A stretch of 64,000 nucleotides of DNA from Thermoplasmata archaeon (GTDB lineage Archaea; Thermoplasmatota; Thermoplasmata; Thermoplasmatales; ARK-15), in the NCBI GenBank assembly GCA_023261755.1, contig JAGDXS010000002.1, positions 365 to 64,364 of the forward strand, in the 5' to 3' direction. Made by a program: the position numbers and the translations under genes. Below the pieces are notes generated by a model. That model saw only the letters and a list, made by a program, of their open reading frames with translations. It ran no database searches and was not told the DNA's origin. Shown here in pieces: positions 59,886-64,000 of the stretch (position 1 is the first letter of the stretch; every line of letters begins with the position of its first letter).

Positions 59886-61541
59886 CTATTTTTCAAGATA
59901 TTTTTTATTTTCTATTTCCTGCATTTTCCTCCAGTCAATTTTTCCAGAACCTGTTTTAAGTATTTCATCCACAAACTCTATTATTCTTGGATATTTATAA
60001 TCTGCCAGTCTCTCCTTGCAATATTGAATTAATTCACCTTCAGATACTTTTCCCTTGTATTCATCTTTTAAAACAACCAATGCTTTTACTTCTTCACCTA
60101 CTCTTTCATCTTTAGTAGAAATTACACAGCATTCCTTTATAGCCTTATGGCTGTAAAGAACATTCTCCACTTCCAGAGGCCAAACCTTGAAACCACCCCT
60201 ATTAATCATTCTTTTTAACCTATCTACAACATAAAAATATCCCTCATCATCCATAAATCCAATATCTCCACTTCTCAAAAATTTTTCCCCTCCTATTTCT
60301 ATAAAGGCCTCTTCCGTTTCTTCACTCTTGTTGTAATACCCTGAAAATTGTGATGGCCCTTTGAATACTATTTCACCTATTTCATTAAAACCTAATTCCT
60401 TTCCAGTTTGCCAGTCTATTATTTTTGCATCTACACCAAATTGAGGTATTCCTATACTACCTGATTTTCTTTTATGAGGTGGGTTTATATGAGTCTGGCC
60501 CATCATTTCTGTCATACCATACCCCTCTACAAATGGTAGTTTAGTTAAATTTTCAAATCTTTCTAAAAGTGGCTTGGGCATTGCAGCTCCACCTCCTCCA
60601 ATGAATCTTAAAGAGCTTAAATCAATTTTATCCAAATCAGGGTAAGCAAGTAAATCTGCAATCATTGTTGGAACACTTACCCAGTGCGTTACCTTGTATT
60701 TTTCAATTGCTTTAATTGCAGCTATTCTGTTCCACCTTGCCAAAGTAACCATTGTAGCTCCCTCGTAAATTGGCCCTAGAACTGAAAATGAAAGACCTGT
60801 CACATGGAAAAATGGTGCCACTGAAAGCTCAACTGTGCCGGATGTTACACCCCTCCAATATGCTGAATCCATGGCGTTAGCTATAATGGATCTATTCTTA
60901 TGCACGCATCCTTTTGGAATAGCAGTGGTACCAGATGTATATGCTATCATAGCAATGTCATCTGCACTATTTTCAACTTCAGAATAATTTTCTTTATTCT
61001 TTATCGCCTCAGCCCATGTATATGCATCAAATAATTCATAAATTTTATTTATTTCTGCTGGCACTGGAATATCTGTATTATCTGGAATGTATTCTTTAAG
61101 ATTACCTGCTATTAACTTTATTTTATGTGTTTTCTGAAATTCCAATAAATTATTCAACAATTCACCTGTCGTAATCACTGCGCTAATTTTACTATCATCT
61201 AAAATATATTTAATTTCTTCTCTTTTAAGCATTGGGTTCATTAATACCACAATGCCTCCTGCCTTAATGATGCCAAAATATGAAATGACAAAATTTGGTG
61301 AATTTTGCATGTAAATTCCGATTCTATCTCCCTTTTTTATACCCAATTTTTGCAGTGTTCCTGCTATCCCCATTATGGAATTCCAAGCTTCAGAATATGT
61401 AACAATTTTATCATAAAAGATCATAAATGCTTTATCAGGATAAAATTCTGCAGATTTTTCAAAAATTTTGTCGATACTTATGGAAGGGTAGACCAATTCA
61501 TACGGCAAATTTTGAGGCCAATTTTTTAACCATGTTTTCAT
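59886..61541 (-). CDS. AMP-forming acyl-CoA synthetase
   Basis: AMP-binding motif YTSGTTAIPKG, GYGMTE and C-terminal GKIDWRK. ATG at 61541 (MKTWLKNWP). The ORF-track start is 61574. Confidence 0.88.
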   Translation of the reverse strand: MKTWLKNWPQNLPYELVYPSISIDKIFEKSAEFYPDKAFMIFYDKIVTYSEAWNSIMGIAGTLQKLGIKKGDRIGIYMQNSPNFVISYFGIIKAGGIVVLMNPMLKREEIKYILDDSKISAVITTGELLNNLLEFQKTHKIKLIAGNLKEYIPDNTDIPVPAEINKIYELFDAYTWAEAIKNKENYSEVENSADDIAMIAYTSGTTAIPKGCVHKNRSIIANAMDSAYWRGVTSGTVELSVAPFFHVTGLSFSVLGPIYEGATMVTLARWNRIAAIKAIEKYKVTHWVSVPTMIADLLAYPDLDKIDLSSLRFIGGGGAAMPKPLLERFENLTKLPFVEGYGMTEMMGQTHINPPHKRKSGSIGIPQFGVDAKIIDWQTGKELGFNEIGEIVFKGPSQFSGYYNKSEETEEAFIEIGGEKFLRSGDIGFMDDEGYFYVVDRLKRMINRGGFKVWPLEVENVLYSHKAIKECCVISTKDERVGEEVKALVVLKDEYKGKVSEGELIQYCKERLADYKYPRIIEFVDEILKTGSGKIDWRKMQEIENKKYLEK

Positions 61542-61857
61542 AAAAAAATTAATTGAATTGATATATTTAAACATTTTTTAAAAAATAAAAAATATGAGAA
61601 AATTTTTTAAAAAATTTCATTTATTATTTAATTATGTTTAAGAATCTTTAAGAATTTTATTAAATTATTAAATATTTATAAAATTTCAATTCCAAATGAA
61701 AATTTTTATAATTCAATCAAAAGAAATAAAATGAAAAATAATTTATTTTATCCTTTAATATTATTCATAATATCAATATATGTAAAAAGTCCTATTAAAA
61801 ATCATAAAAAATTCAAAGAATAAAAAAATTTATTAAAAAGAATTTCAATAATCTATT

Positions 61858-63459
61858 ATGAATCCTAAAGATTTTCAATTGAACATAAATAGTATTTTTC
61901 CATCATCGCTCTGGACATCCGGCAATCAGGAAATTGTTTATCAGGATATTAAAAGATATACATACAGGGAATTTTATGATAGGGTAAGAAGATTTGCTAA
62001 CGGTCTTGTTAACCTTGGAGTTAAGCCTGGGGATAAGGTTGCAGTGTTGGACTGGGACACATATCATTACCTTGAAAGCTATTATGCTGTTCCCATGATT
62101 GGAGCTGTTCTACACACAGTGAATATAAGATATCCGCCCGAGATCATTTTCTATACGATGAACCACGCAGGTGATAAATTTGTAATTATCAGGGATGAAT
62201 TTCTTCCAATGGTTGAGAAGGCGGCAACACTTTTTGATTTTGTCAAGGGCTGGATAGTTTATTCAGATACTGATGAAGAAATTAAAACAACGCTGAATCC
62301 ATATTACAATTATGAACATATAGTTGAATCATCTGAGCCCATAGATCCACCTGACATAGACGAAAAAACAATAGCCACTTTATTTTACACTTCGGGAACA
62401 ACGGGATTGCCTAAGGGAGTTACTTTTTCACATAGAAAATTAATACTCCATGCTCAGGGACTGGCAATGAGCATAAGCTATTCACCTTTGAATATTACAG
62501 AAAAGGATGTTTTCCTTGGCCTTGTTCCAATGTTCCATGTTCATTCTTGGGGTGTTCCTTACCTTGCAATTATGACAGGCAAAAAATATGTACTTCCAGG
62601 GAGGTATGATGTTAAAAAGATACTTGAAATGATAAAAAATGAACATGTTACATTTTCCCATATGGTACCTTCAATTCTTTACATGATTTTGACATACCAT
62701 GAGATTGAACAGTATGCTAAATATCTAAATGGTTGGAAAGTGATCATTGGCGGAGCAGCACTCCCCAAAGGGCTTGCAAAAATGGCAAAATCATTTGGGA
62801 TAACAACAGTTGGTGCTTATGGAATGTCAGAAACGTGCCCGTTGCTTACAGCAGCATTGTTCACGGATGATATGCAGAATCTTCCAGAGGAAGAAAAATT
62901 CGATTACATGATATCAACAGGCAAACCCGCAAAACTTGTCAATCTTAGAATAGTTGATTCAAATTACAAAGATGTTCCATGGGATAATAAAACAATAGGT
63001 GAAATTATTGTTAGGGCTCCATGGCTTACGGATGAATATTATAAGGACCCTGAAAAAACAGAGGAACTCTGGAAGGATGGCTGGTTACATACGGGAGATC
63101 TTGCAGTCGTTGATTCTGGAGGATATATTCACATAGTGGATAGAGAAAAGGATGCTGTAAAAAGTGGAGGCGAATTCATACCATCTTTGATCTTGGAGAA
63201 TATTATTTCGGAGATACCTGAAGTGGGTGAGGTTGCAGTTATTGGGAGGCCAGATCCAAAGTGGGGAGAAAGGCCAATTGCATTCATTACATTAAAATCA
63301 AAAACTACAAAGGAAAAAATCATGGATGAACTTTTCAAATTTGTAGACACAGGAAGAATTCAGAAATGGTGGATACCAGATGACATAATTTTCATTGATT
63401 CAATGCCAAAAACAAGCACAGGTAAAATAGACAAAAAAGATTTAAGAACAAAACTTTAA
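61858..63459 (+). CDS. AMP-forming acyl-CoA synthetase (second, divergent paralog)
   Basis: YTSGTTGLPKG, YGMSE, TGD and C-terminal TSTGKIDKK. Confidence 0.88.
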   Translation: MNPKDFQLNINSIFPSSLWTSGNQEIVYQDIKRYTYREFYDRVRRFANGLVNLGVKPGDKVAVLDWDTYHYLESYYAVPMIGAVLHTVNIRYPPEIIFYTMNHAGDKFVIIRDEFLPMVEKAATLFDFVKGWIVYSDTDEEIKTTLNPYYNYEHIVESSEPIDPPDIDEKTIATLFYTSGTTGLPKGVTFSHRKLILHAQGLAMSISYSPLNITEKDVFLGLVPMFHVHSWGVPYLAIMTGKKYVLPGRYDVKKILEMIKNEHVTFSHMVPSILYMILTYHEIEQYAKYLNGWKVIIGGAALPKGLAKMAKSFGITTVGAYGMSETCPLLTAALFTDDMQNLPEEEKFDYMISTGKPAKLVNLRIVDSNYKDVPWDNKTIGEIIVRAPWLTDEYYKDPEKTEELWKDGWLHTGDLAVVDSGGYIHIVDREKDAVKSGGEFIPSLILENIISEIPEVGEVAVIGRPDPKWGERPIAFITLKSKTTKEKIMDELFKFVDTGRIQKWWIPDDIIFIDSMPKTSTGKIDKKDLRTKL

Positions 63460-64000
63460 AATTTTTTTAAATAATCATCAAGGAAATAGCATCCCTTGAG
63501 AACATAATACTTATCCTTGATGATATTTATTTTTACATTTCTCTTATATGTTTCCAATACCCTGTTTACGGATTCTTCCATGAATTTCCAAGAATTGATA
63601 AAACTTCCAAAGAGATAGATTGAATCTGGATCTATCATATAAATTAAAGATCTTAGAAAATAACCGAATTTTGTACCTATTTTATTGAATTTTTCCAGTG
63701 CATCCTTGTCGCCATTTTCAGCCATTCTGTGCAGCTCGAACCCAGTATATCCATAATTTTTCTTTATGAACAATCCTCCAAGATAATTTTCAAAATCCTT
63801 TTTTCCAAATGATATATGGCCTATTTCACCAGCATTACCATTACCTGTGTATATTTTGCCATCAATGATTATAGCGCCTCCAATGCCCGAACCCCAGTTA
63901 ACAAGGATTGAATTCCTCTCATTTTCCTTAAATATAAGATTCAAAGCACCGCAGAATACATCATTGTTCACATGAATGTTTTTAAAATGCCCTTTGAATG
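63456..64000 (-). CDS. ROK-family sugar kinase/regulator (partial; N-terminus off-window)
   Basis: WGSGIGGAIIIDGKIYTGNGNAGEIGH ROK signature. The frame remains open upstream of the ORF-track GTG (63971) to the window end. Confidence 0.8.
   Translation of the reverse strand, partial: FKGHFKNIHVNNDVFCGALNLIFKENERNSILVNWGSGIGGAIIIDGKIYTGNGNAGEIGHISFGKKDFENYLGGLFIKKNYGYTGFELHRMAENGDKDALEKFNKIGTKFGYFLRSLIYMIDPDSIYLFGSFINSWKFMEESVNRVLETYKRNVKINIIKDKYYVLKGCYFLDDYLKKF

Noticed and set aside
61731-61823. 30-aa hydrophobic mini-ORF (MKNNLFYPLILFIISIYVKSPIKNHKKFKE) in the AT-rich spacer.
   Set aside because: There is no SD or promoter context I can support, and its composition is that of random AT-rich sequence.
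63456-64000. The ROK protein appears to lack the CxCGxxGC zinc motif after the GH signature.
   Set aside because: The gene is truncated by the window edge and ROK subfamilies vary here. Nothing can be concluded from a partial sequence.
1-64000. CRISPR arrays, rRNA genes, intact IS elements or integrases, and prophage or defence islands.
   Set aside because: I could find no regularly spaced direct repeats, no transposase/integrase/Cas-like ORFs, and no rRNA-like GC-rich stretches. The only GC-rich non-coding islands are the tRNA and the C/D sRNA.

Overview
AT-rich, densely coding archaeal chromosomal window. The taxon cannot be fixed without a database search. Archaeal assignment rests on the A1AO ATP synthase, PAN, aMBF1, archaeal SepF, Rpo6/Rpo11, archease, SMC/ScpA, an archaeal/eukaryotic-type GlyRS and a C/D box sRNA. 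Layout by coordinate: (1) 0.2-5.9 kb, regulators, PAN, sepF plus an orphan 2-oxoacid:ferredoxin oxidoreductase gamma gene, MscS. (2) 6.0-14.4 kb, a complete A-type ATP synthase operon in the order K-E-C-F-A-B-D-H-I. (3) 14.4-18.8 kb, a divergent Fe/Mn homeostasis locus: ferritin-like-VIT1, CYTH and two membrane proteins facing DtxR-like and NRAMP genes. (4) tRNA-Arg(CCU) abutting archease, then smc-scpA. (5) 24-42 kb, housekeeping genes: rpoL, Lrp, peroxiredoxin, CBS, glyS, RecJ-like DHH, S15, suhB-nadK-JAMM-comB, purE, guaA-B, a beta-CASP nuclease, rpoK. (6) 42.2-44.6 kb, two KaiC-like ATPases plus an amidohydrolase. (7) 44.6-49.6 kb, sufCBDSU. (8) A ~730-bp gene-poor gap followed by a eukaryote-like NADP-IDH. 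(9) Two PHS-type MFS phosphate transporters, one fused to a DUF47/PhoU-like domain and one divergent from an AbrB-PhoU regulator. (10) 55-63.5 kb, an acyl-CoA operon: synthetase, 3-hydroxyacyl-CoA dehydrogenase, 4-hydroxybutyryl-CoA dehydratase-family protein, thiolase, DUF35, crotonase. No CRISPR array, rRNA, intact mobile element or intein was seen. The four candidates I rate highest for undescribed biology are below. (a) The acyl-CoA operon, whose only possible entry enzyme is an AbfD/HpaB-family protein with no cysteine at all, so it cannot hold the Cys-ligated [4Fe-4S] cluster. (b) The tightly coupled CYTH, two-membrane-protein and ferritin-VIT1 operon under a putative DtxR operator, possibly coupling metal and (poly)phosphate handling. 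(c) The MFS(PHS)-DUF47 fusion transporter. (d) The KaiC-like pair coupled to an amidohydrolase behind a 20-bp perfect palindrome. All functional calls come from motif and family recognition by eye. No searches or folding were run.
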